Sequence record: DRR378314_424
Direction: 5' to 3' (one strand)
Length of the DNA stretch: 64,000 nucleotides
In this document: positions 9,671-20,788 of the stretch, piece by piece
How positions within the stretch are numbered: the first letter of the stretch is position 1
Layout of the letters: the number at the start of each line of letters is the position of its first letter
Program-made: the position numbers and the translations under genes
Notes under the pieces: model-generated
What the model saw: the letters and a program-made list of their open reading frames with translations, nothing else
Database searches by the model: none
What the model was told of the DNA's origin: nothing

Positions 9671-12600
9671 CTATTCACGTTCGCCTTCCTCCAGCCGCTT
9701 CGCCGTGACCTGTTTGACGACCTCGTCGGTCAGGCTTTTCTGGCTGGTGTAGTATTGCGCATTGCGCAGCAGCTCGCCCAGTGCGGAATTGACCGTGATA
9801 TCAAACAGGAAAGGCTGACCATTCAGCACCTGATTGCCATCGCCATAAGCAATGCCCTTACGGCTCTGGCCCTCCAGAATTAGGGAAATCGTCATCCGGT
9901 CGCGTACGTTTCCATCGAGGCCAAGCTCCAGCACAGTGAAATCAAAATCCTGTAGCGCTTCAAACGCCATCTTCGCATTCGGATCGGCTGCTCCGGCGGA
10001 GTCAGCGGCGGTGCCCTGATAGGAGATGTAACCGCCTTCCTCATCGGCTTTCAGTCGGGCATCGCGCACAAAGATGTCCGTGCCCTCGACGTTAATGGGG
10101 AAGCTGCCGGAGACGGTGCCCGTGGCGCGCGTGTCCGGCAATTTCAGCACTTCCACCAGTTTCGACAACTCAATGCCGTTTGCCGTTACCTCAACAGCCT
10201 GCTGCTCTCCAGCGAGGGACCAATTCAGCGGGGACAGTGCCAATGCGCCACCCGCAAACGGGAATGATGCGGATTCCACATTGAACTGATTTCCATTGAC
10301 CAGCTGGAACGTGATCTTGCCATTCTCAAGCGGCACGCCGGGGTTCAGGCGCTCGACGGAGATCACCTGCCCCGGCTCAGTGGTGAGGGCCATGACGTCA
10401 CTGAACGTGACCTGTCCATTCACGCCCTGCACCCGCCCAAGCCGCGTGGTCTGGAAGCCAAACTCCGAAACTGTCACATCGGCGGTGCCATAAATCTCGC
10501 CACCCTCGATATCCAGCCGCGCCGACGCAACGAGACCACCCCGTGCGTCGGTGAAGACACCGCGCAGTCGGTCTGACAGACGCCAAGGCTGCAGGCCGTC
10601 CGGTTCAAAGGTCAGGTCCCGGCTGTTAACTGCCGCCATGCCCGTCAGCGTAGCGATATCGAGCCGCAGAAGCGTGTCCGCCACGGTGATGCCATTGGAC
10701 AAGAGTTTGAGTGGACCGGTCATGTAGAAATCCGGCCCATTCAGCGTCGCATCCAGATTTGCCGTCAATGGCTGATAGAGCGGATCTGCCCGATAATCCC
10801 GGATCATGACGCCATCTGCGCTGAGGCCGCCTTTCACCCCACCCTCGCCTGTTGTCCCGTCAAATCGGAAATCCGTGGAGCTGACATCGGCAGGAATAAG
10901 CGATCCGTCGAATTTTGTCGCGCCCAGTCGCGCAGACAGCACGGGGGGCGCATTGGAGCGTGTCGCAAGTCCCAGCCTCAATGTCTGCCCGTCAATTGTC
11001 AGCGATTGCTCGCCTATGTTCAGGGACAGGGACAACGCATCCGCGATGGCTGAGACGCTGGCCGTCTTGCCGCCGGTCCAGTCGATTTCCGCATTGGTGA
11101 AACTGACGCTGCCAGTATTCGACGAGAAGGCAATGGGAACGGAAATGTCGCCAAGTGTCGTCGATCCGGCAAAGGCCTCGCCCGGTTTGATGAACTCGCT
11201 GCCCTCTGGGCAAATTGGAGTCTGGAATGCGCCGAGCTGCACAGATCCGAAACGAACGCCCTCGCTGTCCAGCTGCAGGCAGGAACGTTCTGTCGTTGCG
11301 ATTCGCCATCCGTCGTCGCTGGACGACACGATGAGATCCCCCGTCAAATGCGTCGAGGCCAGATCGAAACCAGACACATTTCCGGCGATCCCGATCTTGC
11401 CCTCCGTTTCGAGAGTGAGCGCTTCTTCGCCTGAACGCAAAAGGTCAAAGCTGTACAGGTCCGCAGACAAGCTGCGGTCACCGGCACGCCATGGAGCCAG
11501 TTTTACATCGTGCGCATGCATTTCACTGAGGCCGGCTTCCCCCGTGCTCAGCGAGAGATTCGTCTCAAGCTTCGGGAAACCTCCGCCGCGCAACGCGAGC
11601 TTGGCGTCGAAGGAGCGCGACTGGCCATGTTGAGTGAACCAGGCGGTCTCGACAGGCTCGATGTCGAGCGCCAGTCCAGTTCTTGAGGTCACCTGCGCCG
11701 GTCCGGTCGCGGACATGCTCCAGCCGCTTCCATCACGCTGCGCATCAACCGCGAGCGACGCATCAAACCCGACCATTGCCCGGCGCAGTGCGTCTTTCAG
11801 GCTGGCTTCGTGAGCCGAGAAGATGTCTGGCAAGTTGATCAAATCTGTAAGCTGGCCGGAAGTGCCGGAATTGAGCGCGACGCCTGCGGTCGTGATCTCG
11901 GCCTCGATACCGATGCCTGCATCTGCCGTACGCCGCAATTGCCCCCGAACGGTGGCGGTATCTCCGCGGCCCTGGGGTAGCTCAAATGCGTTCGCCACTG
12001 CGAGGAGCGGACCAGAGACGCGGCCGACTTCACCATTCAGATCCAGCTCGGCAGCAACATCGCGCCCCGCGAACGCGCTGCCCGAAACTTTTCCGACCAT
12101 TCCCTCAGCCGACAATTGGATCAGGGCGTCGAGAACCGAGTTCAGATCTGCCGACGGCAATTGCGCGAAAATAGCCTGTCCGTTCGTCTCTGCATCGGTC
12201 ACTTCATAGCCGGTCCAGCTGGCGCTCGAAATGGTGCCGTCCCAGACGAATTGAGTCCGCCCTTCTCCGCTGATCGGTGAGTTCAGGATGGCTTCGAGCT
12301 GGACTTCCCGGGCCTGCACGCCGCGAATTTCAGCCTGCTGGAGATCAAGGAATATGTCCCCTTCCAGTTGCCCATCCTGCGCGACGACGTCCACCCGCCC
12401 TTCAGACCACACAAGCGTCCCCTCAGGCCCCGACAGCGATACCGGGTCCAGCCGCATCTGGAGCGTGCCGGATGTTGGGAACTCGCCTTCCAGATCAATA
12501 GAGGCACCAATGTCACCCGCGCTGGTGGCAAGCGACACGCGCCCCGCACTGACCTTCACGGGCGGCAGCGCGCCGCCGCCACCGCTGCCAGACCCGCCAA

Positions 12601-13009
12601 CGCTTTCCAGCCCGTAGAATCGCAGGCCGCGATCGTCCAGCGTTCCGCGAAGCTGTGGTGCGACGACGGACACACCCCCAAGAGACGGCACGAAGCCGCT
12701 CCATTCGAGATCCGCAATCACCTCATCCGCCGCAAAGGGCGTCTCACCACCCGAACGGATGCGCACATCGGTCAGCATCGCGCCACCAGGCCCCAGACTT
12801 TCAAAAGTCGCCTGGCATTCCAGCGATTGCTCGTGACACCATTGGGCGAGTGCCTGCTGGGCGATGTACTTCCGCCCCAGCCAGACCAGAGCTGCGAAGA
12901 GCAGGATTAGCATCAAGACAGCCAGAGCCAACCAACGCCCCCATTTCAGGCGCTGTTTGCCCGGTTTCGAACTATCGACCTCTAAATCTTTGTAATGTGG
13001 CGTATTCAC
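9671..13009 (-). CDS. ydbH: YdbH family AsmA-like intermembrane bridge protein
   Basis: N-terminal TM, long beta-rich body; C-terminal LNPGVPLENG, FPFAGG, GSFPI, AFEALQDFDF; upstream of ynbE-ydbL. Confidence 0.88.
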   Translation of the reverse strand: MNTPHYKDLEVDSSKPGKQRLKWGRWLALAVLMLILLFAALVWLGRKYIAQQALAQWCHEQSLECQATFESLGPGGAMLTDVRIRSGGETPFAADEVIADLEWSGFVPSLGGVSVVAPQLRGTLDDRGLRFYGLESVGGSGSGGGGALPPVKVSAGRVSLATSAGDIGASIDLEGEFPTSGTLQMRLDPVSLSGPEGTLVWSEGRVDVVAQDGQLEGDIFLDLQQAEIRGVQAREVQLEAILNSPISGEGRTQFVWDGTISSASWTGYEVTDAETNGQAIFAQLPSADLNSVLDALIQLSAEGMVGKVSGSAFAGRDVAAELDLNGEVGRVSGPLLAVANAFELPQGRGDTATVRGQLRRTADAGIGIEAEITTAGVALNSGTSGQLTDLINLPDIFSAHEASLKDALRRAMVGFDASLAVDAQRDGSGWSMSATGPAQVTSRTGLALDIEPVETAWFTQHGQSRSFDAKLALRGGGFPKLETNLSLSTGEAGLSEMHAHDVKLAPWRAGDRSLSADLYSFDLLRSGEEALTLETEGKIGIAGNVSGFDLASTHLTGDLIVSSSDDGWRIATTERSCLQLDSEGVRFGSVQLGAFQTPICPEGSEFIKPGEAFAGSTTLGDISVPIAFSSNTGSVSFTNAEIDWTGGKTASVSAIADALSLSLNIGEQSLTIDGQTLRLGLATRSNAPPVLSARLGATKFDGSLIPADVSSTDFRFDGTTGEGGVKGGLSADGVMIRDYRADPLYQPLTANLDATLNGPDFYMTGPLKLLSNGITVADTLLRLDIATLTGMAAVNSRDLTFEPDGLQPWRLSDRLRGVFTDARGGLVASARLDIEGGEIYGTADVTVSEFGFQTTRLGRVQGVNGQVTFSDVMALTTEPGQVISVERLNPGVPLENGKITFQLVNGNQFNVESASFPFAGGALALSPLNWSLAGEQQAVEVTANGIELSKLVEVLKLPDTRATGTVSGSFPINVEGTDIFVRDARLKADEEGGYISYQGTAADSAGAADPNAKMAFEALQDFDFTVLELGLDGNVRDRMTISLILEGQSRKGIAYGDGNQVLNGQPFLFDITVNSALGELLRNAQYYTSQKSLTDEVVKQVTAKRLEEGERE

Positions 13010-13192
13010 TGAGGCTTCCGGCTTGCTTCTTGCTTTGATTGGCTACTAGGATTTGTAGAGAAGCAAGAAGGCCAAATTGAGCAAAAATGTCGTTTCTTAA
13101 CGTGTAAGCGGTATAAAAGGTCCTTCTTGCAGTCACAGTCCATAGAGACGAACGGTGTTGGGTGGCACTAAGTGAGTGAGGGAAATCGCGCC

Positions 13193-14572
13193 ATGGTGCA
13201 TGACGTGAACAAGAATGAGACAACACACGCCGACACAGCACGCACTGTGTCCCACGGCGTGAAAAGCCTGATCGTACTGGGCCTTCTGGGGTCGGTATCG
13301 GCAGTTCTGGGAGTCGTTTCCATCGGCCCGGACAGTGAATCTGGCGGCATTAGCGCGGCGCACGCATCGCCCGTTCCGCCGCCGCTCGCCGCAACACTGC
13401 TGTCGGCGACCGAATTCGAGCCTGTTCTCGGCGCGCCAACGCAGACAAGCGACACGCTGAAGCGCAGGGAGACACTGACAGAACTGGTCACGCGCCTCGG
13501 TGCGGAGCCGTCTGACGCAGCCGCAGCCCTGCACACGATCTACGAAAAGGAATTCCTGGATCCGCGCCGTCTGCGCCCCGGCGTGAAGGCAGACGCCTTT
13601 CTCACCAATGGAAAGCTGACCGCGCTGAACATCAAGGCTGACGCCGAGCGCAACCTGTTCATCACGCGAACAGCCACCGGCGACTGGACCGCAAGTGAGC
13701 TGAAGGCGCGGTTGAGCCCGACCTATCACCGGGTGGCTGCACCGATCGAAACTTCAATCTATGACGCCGCCCGCAAACTTGGCGCTGGCGACCAGCAGGT
13801 CGTCGATTTCGCCAGTGCGTTTGCCTATGATGTCGACTTCCAACGCGAGATCCATCCCGGCGACTCTTTCGAAATGGTCTATGAAACCATGGTGGACGAG
13901 CGCGGCACGCCCGTGAAGAATGGCGAACTTGTTTTTGCCAAACTGAATGGTCGCGCCCTGACGCGGGGCTTCTACCGCTTCACGCCAAGCGATGACGGCA
14001 TCGGCGACTATTTCGATGAGAAGGGCGAGAGCGCGACGAAATTCCTGATGAAGACGCCCATCAATGGCGCGCGGCTTTCATCCTCTTTCGGCAATCGCCG
14101 TCACCCGATCTCGGGCTACACCCGCCTGCACAAAGGCACAGATTTCGCGGCACCGACCGGCACGCCCATCTATGCGGCCGGCAATGGCACGATCGAACGC
14201 GCCAGCCGCTATGGCGGCTATGGCCACTATGTTCGCATCAAGCACGCCAATGACTACAAGACCGCCTATGCGCACATGTCGCGCTATGGGCCCGGCGTAC
14301 GCGCTGGCAAACGTGTGAGGCAGGGCGATGTGATCGGCTATGTCGGCTCGACAGGTGCCTCCACCGGTCCGCACCTGCATTATGAGGTCTACATCAAAGG
14401 CAAGCCGGTGAATGCCATGTCGCTCAAGCTGCCGACCGGGCGCAAGCTGGCCGAAACGCCAGAGATGCTGGCCGAGTTCGAGCTCCGCAAGGCCGAGATC
14501 GACGCCATCCGCTCCGCACAAGGCGCACAATTGCTGGCATCCACCGCAGAAACCAATCCGCCTTCGCCCTAG
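13193..14572 (+). CDS. M23 family (MepM/LytM-like) peptidoglycan endopeptidase
   Basis: HKGTDFAA, YAHMS, STGPHLHYE; N-terminal TM; alternative GTG start at 13172. Confidence 0.95.
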   Translation: MVHDVNKNETTHADTARTVSHGVKSLIVLGLLGSVSAVLGVVSIGPDSESGGISAAHASPVPPPLAATLLSATEFEPVLGAPTQTSDTLKRRETLTELVTRLGAEPSDAAAALHTIYEKEFLDPRRLRPGVKADAFLTNGKLTALNIKADAERNLFITRTATGDWTASELKARLSPTYHRVAAPIETSIYDAARKLGAGDQQVVDFASAFAYDVDFQREIHPGDSFEMVYETMVDERGTPVKNGELVFAKLNGRALTRGFYRFTPSDDGIGDYFDEKGESATKFLMKTPINGARLSSSFGNRRHPISGYTRLHKGTDFAAPTGTPIYAAGNGTIERASRYGGYGHYVRIKHANDYKTAYAHMSRYGPGVRAGKRVRQGDVIGYVGSTGASTGPHLHYEVYIKGKPVNAMSLKLPTGRKLAETPEMLAEFELRKAEIDAIRSAQGAQLLASTAETNPPSP

Positions 14573-14595
14573 TCAACCGACGGTCATTCAGACGA

Positions 14596-14631
14596 AAAGA
14601 GCCCCGGTCAATAGCTTGACCGGGGCTCTTT
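14596..14631. terminator. Bidirectional intrinsic terminator between the M23 gene and clpB
   Basis: AAAGAGCCCCGGTCAA-TAGC-TTGACCGGGGCTCTTT perfect 16-bp stem. Confidence 0.9.
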
Positions 14632-14645
14632 CTGTTTGGCGCCAT

Positions 14646-17267
14646 CTAGTTCAGGGCTGCGGCGCCTTTGGCGAAGTCGTTGGGTACGCCATTGATCGCC
14701 AACTGGTCACCTTCGACGCCTATCTCGATGGTCTCGCCATCATGGATGCGGCCCTCCAGCAGGAGACGAGCCAACGGGTCCTGAAGTTCCTTCTGAATCA
14801 CCCGTTTCAGGGGCCGTGCACCATAGACCGGGTCATAGCCGCGTGCGGCCAGCCAGTTGCGGGCGTCGAGGCTGAGCTGCAGTGTCATCTTGCGGTCCTT
14901 CAACAGGCCTTCGAGACGTTCCATCTGGATATCGACAATGTGGTCGATCTCGCCGCGGCCCAGCCGTTTGAAGAAGACAATCTCATCGATCCGGTTGATG
15001 AATTCCGGACGGAAATGCATCCGGATCGCGCCCATGACAGCCTCCTTGGCCGCATCGGACACGTCGCCTTCTTCGCCGCTCGCCAGCGCATCTGCGCCGA
15101 GGTTCGACGTCATGATGATGATCGTGTTCTTGAAGTCGACCGTGCGGCCCTGGCCATCCGTCAGGCGACCATCATCCAGAACCTGCAACAGCGTGTTGAA
15201 CAGGTCCGGATGGGCTTTCTCGACTTCATCGAACAGAATGACCTGATACGGACGGCGCCGGACGGATTCCGTCAGCACACCGCCTTCATCATAGCCGACA
15301 TAGCCGGGAGGCGCGCCGATCAGACGGGCCACCGAATGCTTCTCGGAGAATTCCGACATATCGAGCCGCAGGATCGCCGAATCGTCATCGAACATGAATT
15401 CGGCCAGCGCCTTGGTCAGCTCTGTTTTACCCACACCGGTCGGACCGACGAACAGGAAAGAACCGATTGGGCGGTTTGGATCCTGCAAGCCAGCGCGTGC
15501 ACGCCGAACGGCATTGGAGACTGCTTCCAGAGCCGCGTCCTGGCCGACGACCCGCTTGCGCAGCTCCTCTTCCATCTTCAGAAGCTTTTCGCGTTCGCCT
15601 TCCATCATCTTGTCGACCGGGATGCCGGTCCATTTGGAAACGACGGCTGCAATATGCTCCGGGCGGACGACTTCGGACACAAGGCCACCATCGCCCTTGT
15701 CTTCTTCGCTGCCTTCAACTTCGGCAATCTGCTTCTCCAATTGCGGAATGGTCGAGAATTTCAGCTCCGACGCCCTGCCGAGATCACCCTGGCGCTGAGC
15801 TTCGGCCATGTCGGCATAAGCGCGGTCGAGCTGCTCCTTGGCAGACGCTGCGCCTTTCAGCTTGTTCTTCTCGGCAGACCATGTGGTCGTCAGCTCGTCG
15901 GATTTTGTCTGCAGGTCTGCGATCTCACCTTCCAGTGTTTTCAGGCGATCAACAGATGCCGCATCCTTTTCCTTCTTGAGCGCTTCGGCCTCAATCTTCA
16001 GCTGCAAAAGACGCCGGTCGATCTCGTCCAGCTCTTCCGGCTTTGAATCCACCTGCATGCGCAGACGGGACGCTGCCTCGTCCATCAGGTCGATGGCCTT
16101 GTCCGGCAGGAAGCGATCTGTGATGTACCGATTGGAAAGCCCTGCAGCAGAGACAATGGCGGCGTCGGACACGCGCACGCCATGATGGGCCTCATAACGG
16201 CCTTTCAGGCCACGGAGGATCGAGATCGTGTCTTCAACCGTTGGCTCATTGACGTAAACCGCCATGAAGCGACGCGCGAGTGCGGCGTCACCTTCGACAT
16301 ACTTCCGGTACTCATCCAGTGTGGTCGCACCGATACAGTGCAACTCGCCGCGCGCGAGCGCGGGTTTCAGCAAATTCGACGCATCCATCGCGCCGTCTGA
16401 TTTGCCGGCACCGACCAGCGTATGCATCTCATCGATGAACAGCACGACACCCCCTTCCGCCTGCTGAACTTCGTTCAACACGGCTTTCAGGCGCTCCTCA
16501 AACTCGCCCCGGAATTTTGCGCCCGCAATCAGCGCGCCCATGTCGAGCGCGAGCAGGCGCTTGCCCTTGAGGCTTTCCGGCACATCGCCATTCACGATGC
16601 GCAGGGCCAGGCCTTCCGCAATCGCGGTCTTGCCGACGCCTGGCTCACCGATCAGGACCGGATTGTTCTTGGACCGACGAGACAGGACCTGAATGGCGCG
16701 GCGGATTTCTTCGTCCCGGCCAATGACAGGATCCAGCTTACCTTCACGAGCGTCCTTGGTCAGGTCCCGCGCGTATTTCTTGAGGGCTTCATACCCCTCT
16801 TCCGCGTTCTCGCTGTCAGCTGTACGCCCTTGGCGCAATTGTGCCACCGCGCCTTCCAGAGCGGACGGCGTGACGCCAGCCTGAGACAGCACCTCCGCTG
16901 CCGGATCATTTTTCAGTTTTGAAACAGCCAACAACAGGCGCTCTACCGTTACGAAGCTGTCACCGGCCTGTTTTGCCTCGGCTTCAGCACTCTGAAACAA
17001 TTGCGCGCCAGCCTGTTCCAGACGCAATCCCGAATTTGTGCCTTGCACTTTGGGCAATTTTCCAAGCGCAGTATCAATGCCCTGCGCGACAAGTTCCGGC
17101 CGGCCTCCAGCCGCACGAATGAGGTTCACGGCCAATTGATCGCGATCCTCCAGCATTGTTTTCAGGATGTGCGCAGGCGTCAAAACCTGATGCCCGCTCG
17201 CGAGGGCGGCCGTCTGTGCGCCTTGTATGATTGCGCGGGCGCGTTCTGTGTATTGCTCAATATTCAT
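14646..17267 (-). CDS. clpB: Chaperone/disaggregase ClpB
   Basis: Two AAA modules ([16 protein letters not shown]), coiled-coil middle domain, GAPPGYVGY. Confidence 0.99.
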   Translation of the reverse strand: MNIEQYTERARAIIQGAQTAALASGHQVLTPAHILKTMLEDRDQLAVNLIRAAGGRPELVAQGIDTALGKLPKVQGTNSGLRLEQAGAQLFQSAEAEAKQAGDSFVTVERLLLAVSKLKNDPAAEVLSQAGVTPSALEGAVAQLRQGRTADSENAEEGYEALKKYARDLTKDAREGKLDPVIGRDEEIRRAIQVLSRRSKNNPVLIGEPGVGKTAIAEGLALRIVNGDVPESLKGKRLLALDMGALIAGAKFRGEFEERLKAVLNEVQQAEGGVVLFIDEMHTLVGAGKSDGAMDASNLLKPALARGELHCIGATTLDEYRKYVEGDAALARRFMAVYVNEPTVEDTISILRGLKGRYEAHHGVRVSDAAIVSAAGLSNRYITDRFLPDKAIDLMDEAASRLRMQVDSKPEELDEIDRRLLQLKIEAEALKKEKDAASVDRLKTLEGEIADLQTKSDELTTTWSAEKNKLKGAASAKEQLDRAYADMAEAQRQGDLGRASELKFSTIPQLEKQIAEVEGSEEDKGDGGLVSEVVRPEHIAAVVSKWTGIPVDKMMEGEREKLLKMEEELRKRVVGQDAALEAVSNAVRRARAGLQDPNRPIGSFLFVGPTGVGKTELTKALAEFMFDDDSAILRLDMSEFSEKHSVARLIGAPPGYVGYDEGGVLTESVRRRPYQVILFDEVEKAHPDLFNTLLQVLDDGRLTDGQGRTVDFKNTIIIMTSNLGADALASGEEGDVSDAAKEAVMGAIRMHFRPEFINRIDEIVFFKRLGRGEIDHIVDIQMERLEGLLKDRKMTLQLSLDARNWLAARGYDPVYGARPLKRVIQKELQDPLARLLLEGRIHDGETIEIGVEGDQLAINGVPNDFAKGAAALN

Positions 17268-17350
17268 CTATATCCCCTTTGAAAGGCAGATCATGGAAGT
17301 TGATGGATGATGGCCCCGCTCAGCGGCAGCCGGTATCCGGTTCTTTCCTG

Positions 17351-17379
17351 ATGTGGGATGCAGTGACGGTCGTTGCAAG
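17351..17379 (-). promoter_or_regulatory. Sigma32 (RpoH)-like promoter of clpB
   Basis: Minus strand CTTGCA-N16-CCCACAT about 85 nt upstream of clpB. Confidence 0.65.
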
Positions 17380-17405
17380 CGCGCAGAATACAGAATTCGC
17401 GCATG

Positions 17406-17437
17406 AAAAACCCGGCCAGTGCGGTCCGCAGGCCGGG
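17406..17437 (-). terminator. Intrinsic terminator of the DUF4167 gene
   Basis: CCCGGCC/GGCCGGG stem followed by TTTTT on the minus strand. Confidence 0.7.
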
Positions 17438-17464
17438 CAATTCAATACGGTCAGATAGTCAGGA

Positions 17465-18124
17465 CTATTCAGCAGACTCTGCCGACGCCTCTTCCGACTT
17501 CGCCGAATCGTCTTCTTTCGGTGCCGATTTGCGCCGACCGCGCGAGACGGTCTTCAGCACGCCGTCGGCTTCGCCATCCGCGCTTTCATCGGCCTTGTCC
17601 TTCTTGGCATAAGGCTTCCGGCGTGTGCGTGTGCGCGGCTTCGCCTTGGCGTCGTCGTCCGATGCCTCCGAAGTATCCTCTGCAGACGCTTCGTCCGATG
17701 CCGCCTTTTCATTCCTGGACTCATCCTGATTGTCTTCATCCCGGCTCTTGTTGCGGGACTCGACCTCGGCCTCCTGCTTTGGAGAGGCGTCATTGTCAGA
17801 ATTGTTGTCGTCATTGTCGTCGCGATCATCGCGGCGATTATCACGGCTCTGCTGGCGCTGCTGCTGGGCGCGCTCTTTCGCTTCCTGCTGCTTCGCAACA
17901 ATGCGCTGATAGTGTTCTGCGAACTGGTAATAGGCTTCTGACAGGATGCGGTCGCCACTTGTCTGGGCGTCGCGCGCATACTGTTGATACTTGTCCAGAA
18001 CCTGCTGGGCAGAGCCACGGATCTTCACGTCCGGACCAACACTTTCATAGTGACGATTCGGATTGTTGTGATTGTTCTGGTTATTGCCGCCTGAGCGACG
18101 ATTGCGCCCGCGTGAGCGTTTCAT
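17465..18124 (-). CDS. DUF4167 domain protein with long disordered acidic/basic tail
   Basis: YESVGPDVKIRGSAQQVLDKYQQYARDA..GDRILSEAYYQFAEHYQRI; between prmC and clpB. Confidence 0.9.
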   Translation of the reverse strand: MKRSRGRNRRSGGNNQNNHNNPNRHYESVGPDVKIRGSAQQVLDKYQQYARDAQTSGDRILSEAYYQFAEHYQRIVAKQQEAKERAQQQRQQSRDNRRDDRDDNDDNNSDNDASPKQEAEVESRNKSRDEDNQDESRNEKAASDEASAEDTSEASDDDAKAKPRTRTRRKPYAKKDKADESADGEADGVLKTVSRGRRKSAPKEDDSAKSEEASAESAE

Positions 18125-18320
18125 GAAGATCATCCCGTTACATGCGCCTGCTCAGTTTGCAGGCAGTTCCCAGCGCAATTGGCCATCTGAAATAAGCGGC
18201 CACAGCCCTAGATTTGCGCGAGTCTCGTGAGAGGGACATGCTGTTACACTTCGTGTGGTCGCCGTCTCACGAGAATCTTCTAGCGTGACTTTCCCAATCC
18301 GCCAAGAAGAAATGTAAGTA

Positions 18321-19172
18321 TTACACAATTGGCCGTTTTGCCGCGATAGCGCGATCATTTCCGCCGAGGTCTTTGCGGCAGGTGATTTCGTCAAATCCAG
18401 CATGATCCAGCAGGGCGCGAACCGCTTCTTTTTGGTCGAATCCGATTTCGAACACCAGCCATGCGCCTTGCTTCATGCCTTGAGCCGCGAGGGCAATAAT
18501 CTCCCGATACGCATCGAGCCCGTCCGTTCCGCCATCGAGCGCCGACATCGGATCGTATGCGCGAACCTCCGGCATCAAGCCTTCGATTTCGGCGCTGGCG
18601 ATATAGGGCGGATTCGAAATGATCAGATCCGCCTCAGCCCAATTCTGCCAACCCGTCCACGAGCCACGATGAACGAGGCTGCGATCGGCCAGTCCAAGGC
18701 GTGTGAGGTTTTCGCCAGCCAACGTCGCCGCCGCGTCGCTGGCCTCTACCCCTTCCCCCCTCGCCAAAGGACGATTGGCCAGCAGGACTGCGAGCAGGCA
18801 GCCGCTGCCCGTGCCAAGGTCTGCGATGAAAGCGGGCTGGTCCCTGGAGATACGCTCCAAAGCCGTCTCAACCACGATCTCGCTATCCGGGCGGGGGATC
18901 AGTGCTCGCGCATCACTGAGAAATTCGAGTCCGTAGAATTCGGTCGTGCCAAGTATATGCTGCATCGGCTCGCGATCCTCACGGCGAGAAAGTCGATCCA
19001 GAAATGCTGCAATGATCTGTTCGGGAACCTGGTCTGACCCACGACTTATAAGCTCTGAATGCTGACATCCTGAGACATGAGCCAACAGCCAGCGGCTTTC
19101 AAGCCGGGCGTTGACGATACCAGCGCCCTTCAACCGTGCAGTGCCATCAGCCATCAATTGATCATATGTCAT
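18321..19172 (-). CDS. prmC: Release factor glutamine methyltransferase PrmC/HemK
   Basis: LIPRPDSE, DLGTGSG, ISNPPY, ALDGGTDGL; downstream of prfA. Confidence 0.97.
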   Translation of the reverse strand: MTYDQLMADGTARLKGAGIVNARLESRWLLAHVSGCQHSELISRGSDQVPEQIIAAFLDRLSRREDREPMQHILGTTEFYGLEFLSDARALIPRPDSEIVVETALERISRDQPAFIADLGTGSGCLLAVLLANRPLARGEGVEASDAAATLAGENLTRLGLADRSLVHRGSWTGWQNWAEADLIISNPPYIASAEIEGLMPEVRAYDPMSALDGGTDGLDAYREIIALAAQGMKQGAWLVFEIGFDQKEAVRALLDHAGFDEITCRKDLGGNDRAIAAKRPIV

Positions 19173-19182
19173 GTCAGGCAGA

Positions 19183-20265
19183 TCAGCTGGCCTCCATCGC
19201 CGCCAGTTTGCGCGCACGATCTTCCGTGATCAGCGCTTCGACCACATCATTCAGCTTGTCGCCCGTGATGATCTTGTCGAGCGAGTAAAGCGTCAACCCG
19301 ATCCGGTGATCCGTGACGCGGTTCTCCGGATAGTTATAGGTGCGCACCTTCTGGCTGCGGTCACCTGAACCAATCTGGCTGGCCCGCGCCTCGGCGCGTT
19401 CGGCGTCGCGTTCAGACCGTTCTTTCTCGTAAAGACGGATTTTCAGCTGTTCCATCGCCTTCTCGCGGTTCACGTGCTGGGACTTTTCCGAACTGGTCAC
19501 AACGATGCCCGTGGCAAGGTGCGTGATACGAACCGCTGAGTCCGTCGTGTTTACGTGCTGGCCGCCAGCGCCCGAAGACCGCATTGTATCGATACGGATG
19601 TCTTCTGGCTTGACGTCGATCTCGACATTCTCCGGTGCAGGCAGAACGGCCACGGTCGCAGCGGACGTGTGAATGCGCCCCTGCGTCTCCGTTGCGGGCA
19701 CGCGCTGCACCCGGTGCACACCGCTTTCCCATTTCATGTGGCCAAACACACCATCGCCAGACACGTTCGCGACGATTTCCTTGTAACCGCCCGCATCGCC
19801 TTCAGAGGCATCGACCACTTCGACCTTCCAGCCCATGGTCTGTGCGTAGCGCGTATACATCCGGTAGAGATCGCCCGCGAAAAGCGCCGCCTCGTCCCCG
19901 CCCGTTCCGGCGCGAACTTCCAGCACGATGTTGGCCGCGTCATCGACATCTTTCGGAAGAAGCAGAACCTGCATCTCCTGCTCAAGGTCCGGCAGGCGAT
20001 CCTTGATGTCCTCGAATTCCATTTCGGCAAGTTCTGCCATCTCGGCGTCGCCGGACGACATCAACGCCTCGGCCTCTTCAAGCCCCTTGCGCGCAGCCAT
20101 CACTTCCCGCGCCTTGTCGACCACGGGCTTCAGTTCGGAATGCTCCTTCGACAGGGCGATGATTTCGTCGGTTTCCGTGGTCGCGCCCATGCGCGCCTCG
20201 ACTTCCTCGAAACGTTCAACAACCTGCTGGAGTCGGGAGAGGGAAAGAGTAGCCATCCGCGCCAT
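19183..20265 (-). CDS. prfA: Peptide chain release factor 1
   Basis: GGQ motif (GAGGQHVN), PAT motif (VPATE), [15 protein letters not shown]; start may be 20256. Confidence 0.99.
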   Translation of the reverse strand: MARMATLSLSRLQQVVERFEEVEARMGATTETDEIIALSKEHSELKPVVDKAREVMAARKGLEEAEALMSSGDAEMAELAEMEFEDIKDRLPDLEQEMQVLLLPKDVDDAANIVLEVRAGTGGDEAALFAGDLYRMYTRYAQTMGWKVEVVDASEGDAGGYKEIVANVSGDGVFGHMKWESGVHRVQRVPATETQGRIHTSAATVAVLPAPENVEIDVKPEDIRIDTMRSSGAGGQHVNTTDSAVRITHLATGIVVTSSEKSQHVNREKAMEQLKIRLYEKERSERDAERAEARASQIGSGDRSQKVRTYNYPENRVTDHRIGLTLYSLDKIITGDKLNDVVEALITEDRARKLAAMEAS

Positions 20266-20313
20266 TTAGAGTGCTTTTGGCCGCCTGATAAGTCCCCCTC
20301 CGCTGTCAGCCCC

Positions 20314-20745
20314 CTATCCGGTGGTTATGCGCAGCACTTCCTTGCCGGCCAGCACGATCAGCGTAATCGATGCAAGCGCGAAGACCAGGAAGCGCAGCGT
20401 TACTTTTGGAGACAGGATCTGAACGAAGGAGTGCAGGACCCGCAAGCCGACATAGATCCACGCCAGCAGGGTCGCGAAATGATCGCCGCCCCCCGTTAGC
20501 GCCGCGAAGAACATCAGCGCATAGAAGACGGTCGGTTGCTCGTGCAGGTGGTTGTAATTGTCGGCAACCGAGCGAACATTTGCCGGCAATTTGTCCCCAT
20601 AGGTTCCCGGATGGCGGGCATCGTCGGGATTGATCTGCGCCTTCTGCATGGCCGGAATGCGCGTGGCATACATCCAGAGCCACATGACCAGTGTCCAGAC
20701 GATCAACGCCAGGACCGGGTGAAGAAATTCGACATTAATTGGCAT
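20314..20745 (-). CDS. MAPEG family membrane protein
   Basis: ADNYNHLHEQPTVFY, AWIYVGLRVLHS. Confidence 0.9.
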   Translation of the reverse strand: MPINVEFLHPVLALIVWTLVMWLWMYATRIPAMQKAQINPDDARHPGTYGDKLPANVRSVADNYNHLHEQPTVFYALMFFAALTGGGDHFATLLAWIYVGLRVLHSFVQILSPKVTLRFLVFALASITLIVLAGKEVLRITTG

Positions 20746-20788
20746 TTTGGCCTCCCACAGCTTTTTCGTTCCGCAGGAAGCTTATGCC

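Noticed and set aside
14412-16046. 544-aa plus-strand ORF
   Set aside because: Antisense shadow of clpB, typical of high-GC codon bias; no recognisable motifs
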